Shown: positions 39,788 to 49,989 of the stretch, piece after piece | Position numbering within the stretch: position 1 is the stretch's first letter | How the letters are laid out: every line of letters begins with the position of its first letter | Notes under the pieces: generated by a model | What the model was told of the DNA's origin: nothing | The model's database searches: none | The model's input: only the letters and a program-made list of their open reading frames with translations | Assembly: GCF_028368995.1 (NCBI RefSeq) | Contig: NZ_JAQNDL010000001.1 | Location: 1,312,001 to 1,376,000 of the forward strand | DNA: 64,000 nucleotides | DNA from: Nannocystis bainbridge | GTDB taxonomy: Bacteria > Myxococcota_A > Polyangia > Nannocystales > Nannocystaceae | Direction of reading: 5' to 3' | Translations under genes and position numbers: made by a program

Positions 39788-41500
39788 ATGACGCGAGACC
39801 ACGGCGACAACAAGCGCGGCCCCCTCGCCGACGAGTCCGAGCCCGACTGGCGCGACAGCTACGCGGCGGCGTTCCCCGGCAGCTCGGCCGAAGAAGTCAC
39901 CGTCGACACGCTGGCCAACATGTCGGCGCTGCCCGACTCGTCGCACGGCCCCGACACCGACGCCGAGGACGAGCTGTCGGAGCCGGCGCGGCGGCCGGGC
40001 TACCTCGGCGAGTCGGCGCGGATCGGCAAATACGCCGTCCTGCGCCAGCTCGGCGAGGGCGGCATGGGCGTCGTCTATTCGGCCTACGACGAGGAGCTCG
40101 ACCGCCGCGTCGCCCTCAAGCTCATCCGCCCCGGCCGCGACAACAGCCCGGCCAACCAGGCGCGCATGCAGCGGGAGGCGCGGGCGATGGCCCGGCTGTC
40201 CCACCCCAACGTCGTTCAGGTCTACGAGGTCAGCCGCTTCGAGCAGCAGGTCTACCTCGCCATGGAGTTCGTCCAGGGCCGCACGCTCGGCAGCTGGCTC
40301 AAGGCCCAGCCGCATACCTGGCAGCAGGTCCTGGACGTGATGGTGCAGGCAGGCCGGGGTCTGTCGGCCGCACACCAGGCCGACATCGTCCACGGCGACT
40401 TCAAGCCCGACAACGTGCTCATCGACGAGCACGAGCACGCGCGGGTCGTCGACTTCGGGCTCGCGCGCGCGGCCCCGCGGTCCGAGCCGGGCCTCAGCGC
40501 CTCGGGCCTGCGACGCGACGCCGCGGCGGCAGATCCCGCCGCCAGCGGCCGGGTCAGCATCGCCGGCGGCGCCGTCGGGGCCATGGGCGGCGAGCCGGAG
40601 CACCGCCACACCTCCGAGTCCGACGACGGCGTCCCGCTCCTCGACCCCGGCCGCAGCGGCGGCGGGCGGGTCGCCGGCACGCCCGCGTACATGGCCAGCG
40701 AGCAGCACGCCGGCCGCCACGCCGACGCGCGCACCGACCAGTTCAGCTTCGCCGTCACCCTCTACAGCGCGCTGTACGGCCACCACCCGTTCGCCGGCGG
40801 CAGCCTGCTCGAGCTCGTGATCAACGTCAGCGACGGCAAGATCCGCCCGCCGCCCGCCGACTCGCCGGTGCCCGCGGGCGTGCACGCTGCCATCGTCCGC
40901 GCCCTCGACCGCGACCCCGAGTACCGCTACGCCACCATGAGCGACCTGCTCGACGCGCTCAACCGCGGCTCCGGCCGCGCGCGCGACCCCGAGTTCGACC
41001 TCTCGGTCGCGCGCCCGCAGCGGGTCATGCTGTCGATGATCATCCCGGCCAGCATCCTGGCCATCACCGTCGTCCTGATCGTGTACAGCCCCGAGGGCAG
41101 CCTGTTGCCCTCCGCCGCCAGCAACGCGATCGCCGGCGCCGTCATCAACGTGGTCCTGTTCGGCCTCATCTTCGCGTACCGCGGCAACTTCTTCAAAAAC
41201 ACCATCAACCGCCGCGTCATGGCCTGGCTGGTCGTCTCCTCGCTGGCGATGCTGGTCCACCGGACGGCCGCGGTCGTGCTCGGCACCCCGGTCGCGACCA
41301 CCATGGTCAACGACCTGCTGATGCTCGGCGCCATCGCCACCATGGCGGGCATCGCCATCGAGCGCTGGATCTGGTACGCCGCCGGGGTCATGCTCGCCGG
41401 CGCCCTGCTGTGCGCCGCCTTCCCGGCGGTCTCCTCGCTGATCCTGGTCGGCTCGCTGGTGGCGGTGTTCCTGCTCGCCTTCCGCTTCTGGAGCCGCTAG
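39788..41500 (+). CDS. Ser/Thr protein kinase with C-terminal membrane domain
   Basis: LGEGGMGVVY, VALK, HGDFKPDN, DFGLA, GTPAYM; about 5-6 C-terminal TM helices. Confidence 0.93.
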   Translation: MTRDHGDNKRGPLADESEPDWRDSYAAAFPGSSAEEVTVDTLANMSALPDSSHGPDTDAEDELSEPARRPGYLGESARIGKYAVLRQLGEGGMGVVYSAYDEELDRRVALKLIRPGRDNSPANQARMQREARAMARLSHPNVVQVYEVSRFEQQVYLAMEFVQGRTLGSWLKAQPHTWQQVLDVMVQAGRGLSAAHQADIVHGDFKPDNVLIDEHEHARVVDFGLARAAPRSEPGLSASGLRRDAAAADPAASGRVSIAGGAVGAMGGEPEHRHTSESDDGVPLLDPGRSGGGRVAGTPAYMASEQHAGRHADARTDQFSFAVTLYSALYGHHPFAGGSLLELVINVSDGKIRPPPADSPVPAGVHAAIVRALDRDPEYRYATMSDLLDALNRGSGRARDPEFDLSVARPQRVMLSMIIPASILAITVVLIVYSPEGSLLPSAASNAIAGAVINVVLFGLIFAYRGNFFKNTINRRVMAWLVVSSLAMLVHRTAAVVLGTPVATTMVNDLLMLGAIATMAGIAIERWIWYAAGVMLAGALLCAAFPAVSSLILVGSLVAVFLLAFRFWSR

Positions 41501-41508
41501 CCCGCGCC

Positions 41509-43542
41509 ATGTCCACCAGCGCCCAAACCTTCGCCGAGCGGGTCGAGCGGGGCCTCCTGCACGCCTACCACGGCGACGTCGTCGACCACGCCGCGCGCTA
41601 CGCCGTGCGCACGGGTCACTACCCTTCCGACCTGTCCGGAAGGACATTCACCACCGTCTTCCCGTACCAGGCCATCCACGAGCACCACGAGCTCAACGTC
41701 AACCCGCACATGCTCACCGCCAGCGGGCGGCTGTTGACCCTCGACCTCGAGCCGCACCGCGACGGCGGCAACGTGTTCATCCGCGCCGCCACCCGCTTCA
41801 TCGAGAACCAGAGCTGGCACCTGCGCAAGCTGGCGCCCGAGGCGTTCGTGCGCACCGACTTCGCCGAGTTCTCGTGGTTCGGCACTTCCAACCTCACCAA
41901 CACCTCGCCGATCCCGACCTTCCCGGTCGGCGCCCACGACGGCAAGGCCGGGCGGCGCCTGCTGCTGTCGTACGACGCCGGCCGCCCGGTCGAGGTCTCG
42001 CCGAAGACGCTCGAGCACATCACCCCGGTCGGGCGCCCGGGCGACTACCACACCGCCGTCGGCAGCTCGTTCAGCCCGATGATCATGACCACCGGGCACC
42101 CGGTGTACGACCCTGACTTCGAGCCGGGCAAGCCGCGGCTGCTCTATACCAACATCGTCCCGCGGGTCGCCGACTTCCTCCACGTCAACAAGCCGATCCG
42201 CGCCGACCTCTACATCACCACCTGGGACGGCGGCCCCGCCCCGCCGACCCCGCCGCTGCGGGTCACCGTCGACGGCCACGGCGTGATCCTCGGCCACGCC
42301 AGCGTCCACCAGATCTGCCTCACCCGCAATTACCTGGTCGTCTTCAACGCCAACCTGGTCCTCAACACCTCGTCGCTGGTCGAGCCGCTGACGCCGCTGC
42401 TGTGGAAGTGGCTGGTCGAGAGCCGCACGATCGAGGTCCCGCGCAACCTGCGGGTGCTGTACCGCTGGCTGCGGATCCGCCTGCGCGAGGCCACGCCCGA
42501 CCACGTGTGCCCGGTCTACTTCATCCACAAGGACGACATCCGCCGCGCCCTCGCCTCGGGCGCGCGCGACCTGCCGGCGAAGCGCGTCGACCTGATGTGG
42601 GAGCTGACGCATGCGCTGACCGACTACGACGACGACGGCGACGTCGTCACGATCTTCGCCCAGCACAACGTCGGCGCCGACCCGGCCGACCAGATGGAGG
42701 CGGGCGATCGCCTGATCGGCGGCGGCATCGTGCCCGACAGCCTGCTCGGCATGTTCTCGTCGGCGACCGACCTCAACCAGGTCCGCCGGCACGTCGTCGA
42801 CCTGCGCCGCGGCACCGTCGAGACGCGCGCGTTCCCCCACCCCGACGACCGCGAGAACTTCCCGCTCGGGCTCAACATCCTGCCGCCGCTGCAGATCTCG
42901 CCGTACCTGTCGGAGCACGACACGTCGGGCACGCCGAACCTGCTCCGCACCTGTCGCCGCCTCGACGCCACCTACTGGGTCGCCGGCGGCTGGCTGCCGC
43001 AGACGATGAGCGCGCGGGTGTTCGCCAACTTCCGCCGCGGCCGCCCCGACGAGGCCTGGCCGCCGCGCCGCCTGCTCCCCGAGCCCGAGTTCGTCGAGCG
43101 CATCGCCGACCCGAACAACACCGTCCGCTTCTACCGCCTCGACCACGAGATGCGGCTCGACAGCTGCTTCACCTTCGAGCCCGGGTTCTTCATGGCGGCG
43201 CCGATCTTCGTGCCGCGTCCGGACAGCCAGAGCACCCGCGACGGCTACATCGTCGCGCTCGTGTGGGGCCCGGACCACCCCGACATGGAGATCTGGATCT
43301 GGGACGCCGCCCAGCCGCTCGACCGCGGCCCGATCTGCACCCTCGGCCCCGGCCCGCACGAGCAGGGCATCCGCCCCGGCTTCCCGCTCCACAGCGCGTG
43401 GGTCGACCGCGGCGGCATCGACGAGTGGGAGCGCCCGCCCTACGAGGTGCCCACCATCGAGATGCCGACCTACCTCAAGCTGCTCGAGCTCGGCACGATC
43501 GGCGCCGGCGTGCTGCGCCGGCTGTGGCAGCAAGGCCGATGA
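41509..43542 (+). CDS. Carotenoid oxygenase (RPE65/CCD) family protein
   Basis: YDAGRPVE; four candidate Fe-binding His (TGHP, SVHQ, LTHA, PLHS); PIFVPR...DGYIV. Confidence 0.75.
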   Translation: MSTSAQTFAERVERGLLHAYHGDVVDHAARYAVRTGHYPSDLSGRTFTTVFPYQAIHEHHELNVNPHMLTASGRLLTLDLEPHRDGGNVFIRAATRFIENQSWHLRKLAPEAFVRTDFAEFSWFGTSNLTNTSPIPTFPVGAHDGKAGRRLLLSYDAGRPVEVSPKTLEHITPVGRPGDYHTAVGSSFSPMIMTTGHPVYDPDFEPGKPRLLYTNIVPRVADFLHVNKPIRADLYITTWDGGPAPPTPPLRVTVDGHGVILGHASVHQICLTRNYLVVFNANLVLNTSSLVEPLTPLLWKWLVESRTIEVPRNLRVLYRWLRIRLREATPDHVCPVYFIHKDDIRRALASGARDLPAKRVDLMWELTHALTDYDDDGDVVTIFAQHNVGADPADQMEAGDRLIGGGIVPDSLLGMFSSATDLNQVRRHVVDLRRGTVETRAFPHPDDRENFPLGLNILPPLQISPYLSEHDTSGTPNLLRTCRRLDATYWVAGGWLPQTMSARVFANFRRGRPDEAWPPRRLLPEPEFVERIADPNNTVRFYRLDHEMRLDSCFTFEPGFFMAAPIFVPRPDSQSTRDGYIVALVWGPDHPDMEIWIWDAAQPLDRGPICTLGPGPHEQGIRPGFPLHSAWVDRGGIDEWERPPYEVPTIEMPTYLKLLELGTIGAGVLRRLWQQGR

Positions 43543-43544
43543 CC

Positions 43545-43614
43545 TGCCCCTCGGGGCATGTCCTCGAGGTCATGTCCTAAAGCGCATGTCCCCGAGGGCA
43601 TGTCCCCGCGGACA
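43545..43614. repeat. Array of five 14-bp boxes filling a convergent intergenic gap
   Basis: TGCCCCTCGGGGCA|TGTCCTCGAGGTCA|TGTCCTAAAGCGCA|TGTCCCCGAGGGCA|TGTCCCCGCGGACA. Confidence 0.92.
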
Positions 43615-43621
43615 TATCCCA

Positions 43622-44071
43622 TCATCGACCGCCGAGCGCCGCGGCCAGGCTGCGCCGGCCCTGCTCCATCACCCGGTGGTGGCTGCCGGCCATCCACCGC
43701 TTCACCGGCGGCAAGCGGGCCAGGGCCCGCAGCAGCGGGCGCCCCAGGTCGACCTCCCACAGCATCGTCACCTGGGTGCCGCTCGCCGTCGCCGTCAGGT
43801 CCCACGTCCCGCGGCCGACGAGGTCGCCGTCGGCGGTGAACTCGAGCCGGCGCGGCGGCTCGCGCAGCGTCACGCGCTGGACGAACGCGAGGGTCAGGCC
43901 GAAGTCGCCGCGGACCCGGCAATGGACGAGGTCGCCGGAAGCGTCGCCGGGCTCGGCGCGCTCGAAGCCCGGCCACCAGCTCGGATAACGCGGCGCGTCG
44001 GCGACCCACCGCCATACCGCCGCGGGGTCCGCGGCGAACGCCCACTCGCTGCGCAGACGGAACGCCGGCAT
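43622..44071 (-). CDS. SRPBCC (START-like/polyketide cyclase) family protein
   Basis: VWRWVAD...YPSWWPG, GDLVGRGTW, HHRVMEQG. Confidence 0.82.
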   Translation of the reverse strand: MPAFRLRSEWAFAADPAAVWRWVADAPRYPSWWPGFERAEPGDASGDLVHCRVRGDFGLTLAFVQRVTLREPPRRLEFTADGDLVGRGTWDLTATASGTQVTMLWEVDLGRPLLRALARLPPVKRWMAGSHHRVMEQGRRSLAAALGGR

Positions 44072-44127
44072 CGCGCCAGACATAGCAGACTCGGCCGAGG
44101 CGGCGCGTTGACGGCCGCCGCGCGGCG

Positions 44128-45627
44128 ATGCAAACCTCGCGCGCGGTGGATGTCCCGGCGCTCGAGACCGATGTCGTGATCCTCGGCGGCGGAATCGCCG
44201 GCCTCACCTGCGCCGTCGGCCTGCTCGGCTCCGGCCTGCGCCTCGTCGTGCTCGAGCGCGATCGATTGCTCGGCGGGCGGGCGCGCAGCTGGGCCGACCC
44301 GACCACCGGCGACCCGGTCCACGTCGGCCCGCACATCGTCACCAACTACTACCCCAACTTCTTCCGCCTGCTCGAACGCCTCGGCACCGCCGATCGCGTG
44401 GTCTGGGGCCCCGAAGAGGTCCTCTACACCATGTTCGACGGCGAGCGGGCCGTCGAGCTGCGGCGCTCCTCGTTGCCGCCGCCGGTGCAGATGCTGGCGA
44501 CCCTGTGTGACGACCCTGCGCTCGGCCTGCTCGACCTGGCCTCGAACGCGACCTCGGTGCAGGTCGCGCTCGGCCTCGACGAGCGCGAGGTCCTGCGCCT
44601 CGACGATCTCGACGGCGCCGCCGCGCTCGCGGCCATGGGCGTCCGCCCGGCGATGCTGCGGCGCTACTGGCAGTTCGCCGCCATGTCGATCCTCAACACC
44701 CCGGTCGAGCGCTGCTCGGCGGGTTCGCTGATGCGCACGTTCCACCACGCGATCAGCCGCGACGCCGTGCGTATCGGCTTCCCCGGCTGCGGCCTCGGCG
44801 ATCTGTTCGCCCCTGGCGCGCGCGCGGCGATCGAGGCCGCCGGCCACGCCGTGTGGACCGGCACCGCAGTGACCGAACTGCTCGGCGACGACGGTCGGGC
44901 CACCGGCGTGCGCCTGGCCGACGGACGTCAGCTGCGGGCGCGCCACGTCGTCAGCAGCTTGCCGCCCGCCGACCTCGCCGCCCTCGTGCCCGATCGCTGG
45001 CGCCACCTGCCCGGGCTCGACGCCCTGCCGTGGTTTCAGCCGGTCACCTACGTCAGCGTCTACTTGTGGTTCGACCGACGGATCACCCGGCGCCAGTTCT
45101 GGGCCCGCAGCTACGCCCCCGACGACCTCAACTGCGACTTCTACGACTACGCCAACATCTACCCCGACTGGGGCGATCGACCGTCGCTGATCGGCAGCAA
45201 CATCATCGACGCCGCGCGGATCGCCGGCATGAGCGACGACGAGATCGTCGCTGGCACCCGCCGCGAGCTCGACGAGAACCTGCCGCAGGCCCGGACCGCC
45301 GAGCTGCGACACGCCGCCGTCCACCGGATCCCGCTCGCCGTGCAGGCGCCATTGCCTGGCTTCGAGGCGCGCCGGCCGACCGCCGACACCGCCGTCGCGG
45401 GCCTCGTGCTCGCCGGCGACTGGACCCGCACCGGCCTGCCCTCGTCGATGGAGGGCGCCGCCGCCTCGGGCTGGCGCGCGGCGGAGCTGGTGCGCACGCG
45501 CGAGGATCGGCCGCGCGCGCTCGTGCGACCGCTGCCGCCGCGCGGCGTGCTGGCCCGCGCCCTCATGCCGGTCTCGCGGCTGCGCCCGTGGCCCTCGCGG
45601 CTGCGCCGGGCCCTCTCGCGCGGCTGA
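44128..45627 (+). CDS. FAD-dependent oxidoreductase, HpnE/carotene desaturase-like amine oxidase family
   Basis: ILGGGIAGL, LGGRARSW, LAGDWTRTGLPSSMEGAAASG. Confidence 0.85.
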   Translation: MQTSRAVDVPALETDVVILGGGIAGLTCAVGLLGSGLRLVVLERDRLLGGRARSWADPTTGDPVHVGPHIVTNYYPNFFRLLERLGTADRVVWGPEEVLYTMFDGERAVELRRSSLPPPVQMLATLCDDPALGLLDLASNATSVQVALGLDEREVLRLDDLDGAAALAAMGVRPAMLRRYWQFAAMSILNTPVERCSAGSLMRTFHHAISRDAVRIGFPGCGLGDLFAPGARAAIEAAGHAVWTGTAVTELLGDDGRATGVRLADGRQLRARHVVSSLPPADLAALVPDRWRHLPGLDALPWFQPVTYVSVYLWFDRRITRRQFWARSYAPDDLNCDFYDYANIYPDWGDRPSLIGSNIIDAARIAGMSDDEIVAGTRRELDENLPQARTAELRHAAVHRIPLAVQAPLPGFEARRPTADTAVAGLVLAGDWTRTGLPSSMEGAAASGWRAAELVRTREDRPRALVRPLPPRGVLARALMPVSRLRPWPSRLRRALSRG

Positions 45628-45864
45628 GCGCCCCGGGACTCGAGCTCGCCGCACGCCTCGTCGCATGCGGATCGATCCGGAGCTCGAGCTCGTCGCCGCG
45701 GCGTCGGACCCTCTCGCGCTGGGGCTCACCCACGACCTCGAGTTCGCCCCGGCGAGCCAGCGGGCCTTGCGCGGCGCACCGACTTCGACGGTGGCCGTGC
45801 GCCTCGTCCGGGCGCCAGACCCTGCCCGCTCGCGCGCTCGCCTGCCGCGCCCATGCTGCCCGTC

Positions 45865-46347
45865 ATGGGCGACGAGACCTGCGCCATCACCTTGAAGGTG
45901 AACGGGGCCACGCTGCGGCTGCAGGTCGCTCCCTGGACCACCTTGCTCGATCTGCTGCGCGAGCGCCTCGGCCTCACGGGCACCAAGAAGGGCTGCGACC
46001 ACGGCCAGTGCGGCGCGTGCACCGTCCTCGTCGACGGCGTGCGCATCAACAGTTGCCTCAGCCTCGCCGTCATGCGCGACGGCGCCAGCGTCACCACGGT
46101 CGAGGGCCTGGCCGAGGGCGAGGCCCTGCACCCGCTGCAGCAGGCCTTCATCGATCACGACGCCTTCCAGTGCGGCTACTGCACCCCCGGCCAGCTGTGC
46201 TCCGCCGTCGGTCTGCTCGCCGAGGGCCACGCCAGCACCGACGACCAGATCCGCGAGCTCATGAGCGGCAACCTGTGCCGCTGCGGCGCCTACCCCAACA
46301 TCGTCGCCGCGATCGGCCAGGCCATGCGGCCGCGGAGGAGCGCGTGA
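45865..46347 (+). CDS. paoA: Aldehyde oxidoreductase/xanthine dehydrogenase 2Fe-2S subunit (PaoA/YagT-like)
   Basis: GTKKGCDHGQCGACT, FQCGYCTPG, GNLCRCGAY. Confidence 0.88.
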   Translation: MGDETCAITLKVNGATLRLQVAPWTTLLDLLRERLGLTGTKKGCDHGQCGACTVLVDGVRINSCLSLAVMRDGASVTTVEGLAEGEALHPLQQAFIDHDAFQCGYCTPGQLCSAVGLLAEGHASTDDQIRELMSGNLCRCGAYPNIVAAIGQAMRPRRSA

Positions 46348-47339
46348 ACCCGTTCGGCTACACCCGCGCCGGCGACGTCGCCGAGGCCGTGCGCACCGCC
46401 GCCAGCGACGGCGCGGCCCAGTTCATCGCCGGCGGGACCAACCTCGTCGACCTCATGAAGGAGCGCATCACCGCTCCCAGCCGCCTCATCGACATCACCC
46501 GCCTGCCGCTGCGCGCGGTCGAGTCACTGCCCGACGGCGGCCTCAAGATCGGCGCGCTCGTCAGCAACCACGACCTCGCCTACCACCCCGAGGTCGTCGC
46601 CCGCTATCCGCTGCTGTCGCAGGCGATCCTCGCCGGCGCCTCGCCGCAGCTGCGCAACATGGCCAGCACCGGCGGCAACCTGCTGCAGCGCACCCGCTGC
46701 TATTACTTCTACGACGCCGCCTTGCCGTGCAACAAGCGCGCGCCCGGCAGCGGCTGCCCGGCGCTCGCCGGCGTCAACCGGATCCACGCGATCCTCGGCG
46801 CCAGCGAGCAGTGCATCGCCGTGCACCCCTCGGACATGTGCGTCGCTCTGGCCGCGCTCGCGGCCACCGTGCACGTCACCGGCCCCGCCGGCTCGCGGAC
46901 CATCGAGTTCGCCGCGTTCCATCGCCTGCCCGGCGACACCCCCGAGCGCGACACCAACTTGCAGCCAGGCGAGCTCGTCACCGCCGTGGAGCTGCCGCGC
47001 CAGGGCTTCGCCGCGCACGCGTCCTACCTCAAGGTCCGCGATCGTCACTCCTACGCCTTCGCCCTCGTCTCGGTCGCCGCGGCCCTCGAGCTCGAGGACG
47101 GCAAGATCGCCGAGGCTCGCCTCGCGCTCGGCGGCGTCGCCCACAAGCCGTGGCGCGACCCCACCGCCGAAGATCTGCTGCGCGGCCGCAGCCCCGACGA
47201 CGCCCTGTTCGCCCGCGTCGGCGAGCACCTCGTGCGCGACGCTCGCGGCCGCGGTCACAACGACTTCAAGATCGCCCTCGTCCGTCGCGCGGTGGTCCGC
47301 GCGCTGCAGCAGGCGGTCGCCGGAGGATCGCAAGCATGA
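46344..47339 (+). CDS. paoB: FAD-binding subunit (PaoB/YagS-like)
   Basis: IAGGTNLVDLMK, GASPQLRNMASTGGNLLQRTRC, HPSDM, GGVAHKPWR. Confidence 0.9.
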   Translation: MNPFGYTRAGDVAEAVRTAASDGAAQFIAGGTNLVDLMKERITAPSRLIDITRLPLRAVESLPDGGLKIGALVSNHDLAYHPEVVARYPLLSQAILAGASPQLRNMASTGGNLLQRTRCYYFYDAALPCNKRAPGSGCPALAGVNRIHAILGASEQCIAVHPSDMCVALAALAATVHVTGPAGSRTIEFAAFHRLPGDTPERDTNLQPGELVTAVELPRQGFAAHASYLKVRDRHSYAFALVSVAAALELEDGKIAEARLALGGVAHKPWRDPTAEDLLRGRSPDDALFARVGEHLVRDARGRGHNDFKIALVRRAVVRALQQAVAGGSQA

Positions 47340-49555
47340 CCACCGGCAAGCCCCACGATCGCGTCGACGGCCGGGCCAAGGTCACCGGCCAGGCCCGCTA
47401 CGCCGGCGAGTTCTCGGCCCCCGACCTCGTGCACGGCGTCGTCGTCACCACCGCGATCGCCCGCGGCAAGATCGTCCGTATCGACGCCGCCGAGGCCCTG
47501 GCCCTGCCCGGCGTGCTGCAGGTATTTACCCACGAGAACGCCCCGCGGCTGGCCTGGCGCGACCGCAGCTGGCGCGACATGGTCGCCCCTGGCGGCTCGC
47601 CGCTGCGCCCGCTTCACGACGCCGAGATCCAATTCAGCGGTCAGCCCGTCGCGCTCGTGGTCGCCGAGAGCTTCGAGCTCGCGCGCCACGCCGCCGGCCT
47701 CGTCGTGGTCGTGGTCGAGGCCGCGCCGCACCAGACCCGCCTCGCCGAGGTCGAGGCCGAGGCGCACGAGCCGGCCCGCGGCAAGAAGGGCTACACCCCG
47801 CCGCCCAAGCCACGCGGGCGCGCCGACGAGGCCCTCGCCGCCGCGCCCGTGCGCGTCGAGGCGACCTACGAGCACCCGGCGCTGCACCACAACCCGATGG
47901 AGCCGCACGCCACCACCGTCGTCGTCGAGGCCGACGGCAACCTGACGATCCACGACAAGACCCAGGGCGTCGGCAACAGCCGCGACTACGTGTGCAAGGT
48001 GTTCGGCCTCTCGACCGACCAGGTCCGCGTCGTCACCCCGTTCGTCGGCGGCGGCTTCGGCTCCGGCCTGCGCCCGCAGTATCAATTGTTCCTCGCCGTC
48101 CTGGCCGCCCGCGAGCTGCGGCGCTCGGTCCGGGTCGTGCTCACGCGCCAGCAGATGTTCACGCTCGGCTACCGCCCGTGGACCCGCCAGCGCGTGGCGC
48201 TCGGCGCCGAGCGTGACGGCAGCCTGCGCGCGCTCGTGCACGAGGCCGTCGGCAACACCTCGCGCTTCGAGGACTACTGCGAGAACGTGGTCCCCTGGTC
48301 CGGCGTGCTCTACGAGTGCCCCAACACCCGGCTCGAGTACGGCGTGGCCCCGCTCGACCTCTACACCCCGATCGACGCCCGCGCCCCCGGGGCCGTCACT
48401 GGCCTGTGGGCCCTCGAGTCGGCGATCGACGAGCTCGCCGACGCGCTCGACCTCGACCCGCTGGCGCTGCGCCTGCGCAACTACGCCGAGGAAGATCAGG
48501 ACCACCGGCGCCCGTTCTCGAGCAAGGCCTTGCGCGACTGCTACCGCGAGGGCGCGGCCAGGTTCGGCTGGCACCGGCGCTCGCGCGCCCCCCGATCGAT
48601 GCGGGCCGGCCCGCTGCAAATCGGCTGGGGCATGGCCACCGGCATCTGGGAGGCGCAACAAGCCCCCTCGCAGGCCAAGGCCCTGCTCACCGCCGACGGC
48701 CGGCTGCACGTCGCCAGCGCCAGCGGCGAGATCGGCCCCGGCACCTACACGATCATGTCGCAGATCGCCGCCGAGCAGCTCGGCCTCCCGATCGCCGCCG
48801 TCCGCTTCGAGCTCGGCGACACCGCCTTGCCGCCCGCCATGATCCAGGGCGGCTCGGCCACCGCCTCCTCGGTCGGCTCGGCCGTGCTCGCCGTCTGCAA
48901 GGCGCTGCAGCACAGCCTCTTGAAGCTGGCGCAGACCATGCCCGACTCCCCGTTCGCCGGCCGCGGCCTCGACGACGTCGTGTTCCTCGATCGCGGCCTG
49001 CGCCTGCGCAGCGGCACCGCCGACGCCGTACCGATCGCCGCCATCATGCGCCACGCCGGCCTCGGCAGCCTCGCCGAGCAGGCCACCGCGATCCCCGACA
49101 TGGCCCGCCAGTCACGCTACACCAGCAACGCTCACTCGGCCGTGTTCGTCGAGGTCGCGGTCGACGAGGCGCTCGGCACCGTCACCGTGAAGCGGGTCGT
49201 CAGCGCCGTCGCGGGCGGGCGGATCTTGAACCCCAAGACCGCGCGCAGCCAGATCCTCGGCGGCGTGGTGTGGGGCATCGGCATGGCGCTCGAGGAGCAC
49301 AGCATGCTCGACCACGGGCTCGGCCGCTTCGTCAACCACAACCTCGGCGAGTACCACGTGCCGGTCCACGCCGACGTACCCGAGATCGACGTCCTGTTCG
49401 TCGAGGAGCGCGACGATGTCGTCAACCCGCTCGGCGTCAAGGGCCTCGGCGAGATCGGCATCGTCGGCGTCGCGGCCGCGATCGCCAACGCCGTCTTCCA
49501 CGCCACCGGCAGGCGGATCCGCGAGCTGCCGATCACCCTCGACAAGCTGCTGTGA
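47336..49555 (+). CDS. paoC: Molybdopterin-binding subunit (PaoC/YagR-like)
   Basis: RVDGRAKVTG, HNPMEPH, VGGGFGS, KGLGEIG, ANAVFHATG. Confidence 0.9.
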   Translation: MTTGKPHDRVDGRAKVTGQARYAGEFSAPDLVHGVVVTTAIARGKIVRIDAAEALALPGVLQVFTHENAPRLAWRDRSWRDMVAPGGSPLRPLHDAEIQFSGQPVALVVAESFELARHAAGLVVVVVEAAPHQTRLAEVEAEAHEPARGKKGYTPPPKPRGRADEALAAAPVRVEATYEHPALHHNPMEPHATTVVVEADGNLTIHDKTQGVGNSRDYVCKVFGLSTDQVRVVTPFVGGGFGSGLRPQYQLFLAVLAARELRRSVRVVLTRQQMFTLGYRPWTRQRVALGAERDGSLRALVHEAVGNTSRFEDYCENVVPWSGVLYECPNTRLEYGVAPLDLYTPIDARAPGAVTGLWALESAIDELADALDLDPLALRLRNYAEEDQDHRRPFSSKALRDCYREGAARFGWHRRSRAPRSMRAGPLQIGWGMATGIWEAQQAPSQAKALLTADGRLHVASASGEIGPGTYTIMSQIAAEQLGLPIAAVRFELGDTALPPAMIQGGSATASSVGSAVLAVCKALQHSLLKLAQTMPDSPFAGRGLDDVVFLDRGLRLRSGTADAVPIAAIMRHAGLGSLAEQATAIPDMARQSRYTSNAHSAVFVEVAVDEALGTVTVKRVVSAVAGGRILNPKTARSQILGGVVWGIGMALEEHSMLDHGLGRFVNHNLGEYHVPVHADVPEIDVLFVEERDDVVNPLGVKGLGEIGIVGVAAAIANAVFHATGRRIRELPITLDKLL

Positions 49556-49584
49556 ACGCCCGCGCAGCCGGCCGCTCGCATGCA

Positions 49585-49736
49585 CACCCGCCCCGCCTGC
49601 ACGGGCTGATTGCGCCGCATCATGACGCTCGACAACGCCGCGATCCCACGCGAGCACCGCCCCGCCTGCGCGGACGGATTGCGCCGCATCATGACGCTCG
49701 CCAACGCCGCGATCCCGCGCGAGCACCCGCCCCACC
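49585..49736. repeat. Tandem repeat, two-plus copies of a 69-70-bp unit
   Basis: CACC(C)GCCCCGCCTGC..GATTGCGCCGCATCATGACGCTCG.CAACGCCGCGATCCC at 49585 and 49655; partial copy at 49724. Confidence 0.85.
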
Positions 49737-49989
49737 GATCGATCGCACCGCTCCACGGCACACTGACAGCGCATCGGGCGACCGTGCGAGCACTCGCCGC
49801 TTCATGACGGGATCGACAGCGCTCGCTCCGCAGATGCCCGCGGTCTCCGGAAAGCCGGGACGCGGGCGACCTCCGCGCAAGCACGCGCTCGAGCCCGCTG
49901 CGCACCCACCCCATCGGGAGCGCGCCCGCCTCCGCAGCGATCGCGTCCCGTCTGTCAGATGAGTGCACCCCTCCGGCTAACCTCGGGGG

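Noticed and set aside
39658-41508. 1294-aa ORF as one fused protein
   Set aside because: Its N-terminal part is an off-frame reading of the kinase gene. The real oxygenase starts at 41509.
43545-43614. Array junctions match the p53 half-site RRRCATGYYY and NspI/NlaIII sites
   Set aside because: The junction follows from abutting TG...CA units. Single boxes and CCTG/CAGG junctions lack it, and p53 is eukaryotic. A methylation link is untested.
45665-45850. Small ORF or XdhC remnant upstream of paoA
   Set aside because: No recognisable motif and unconvincing composition.
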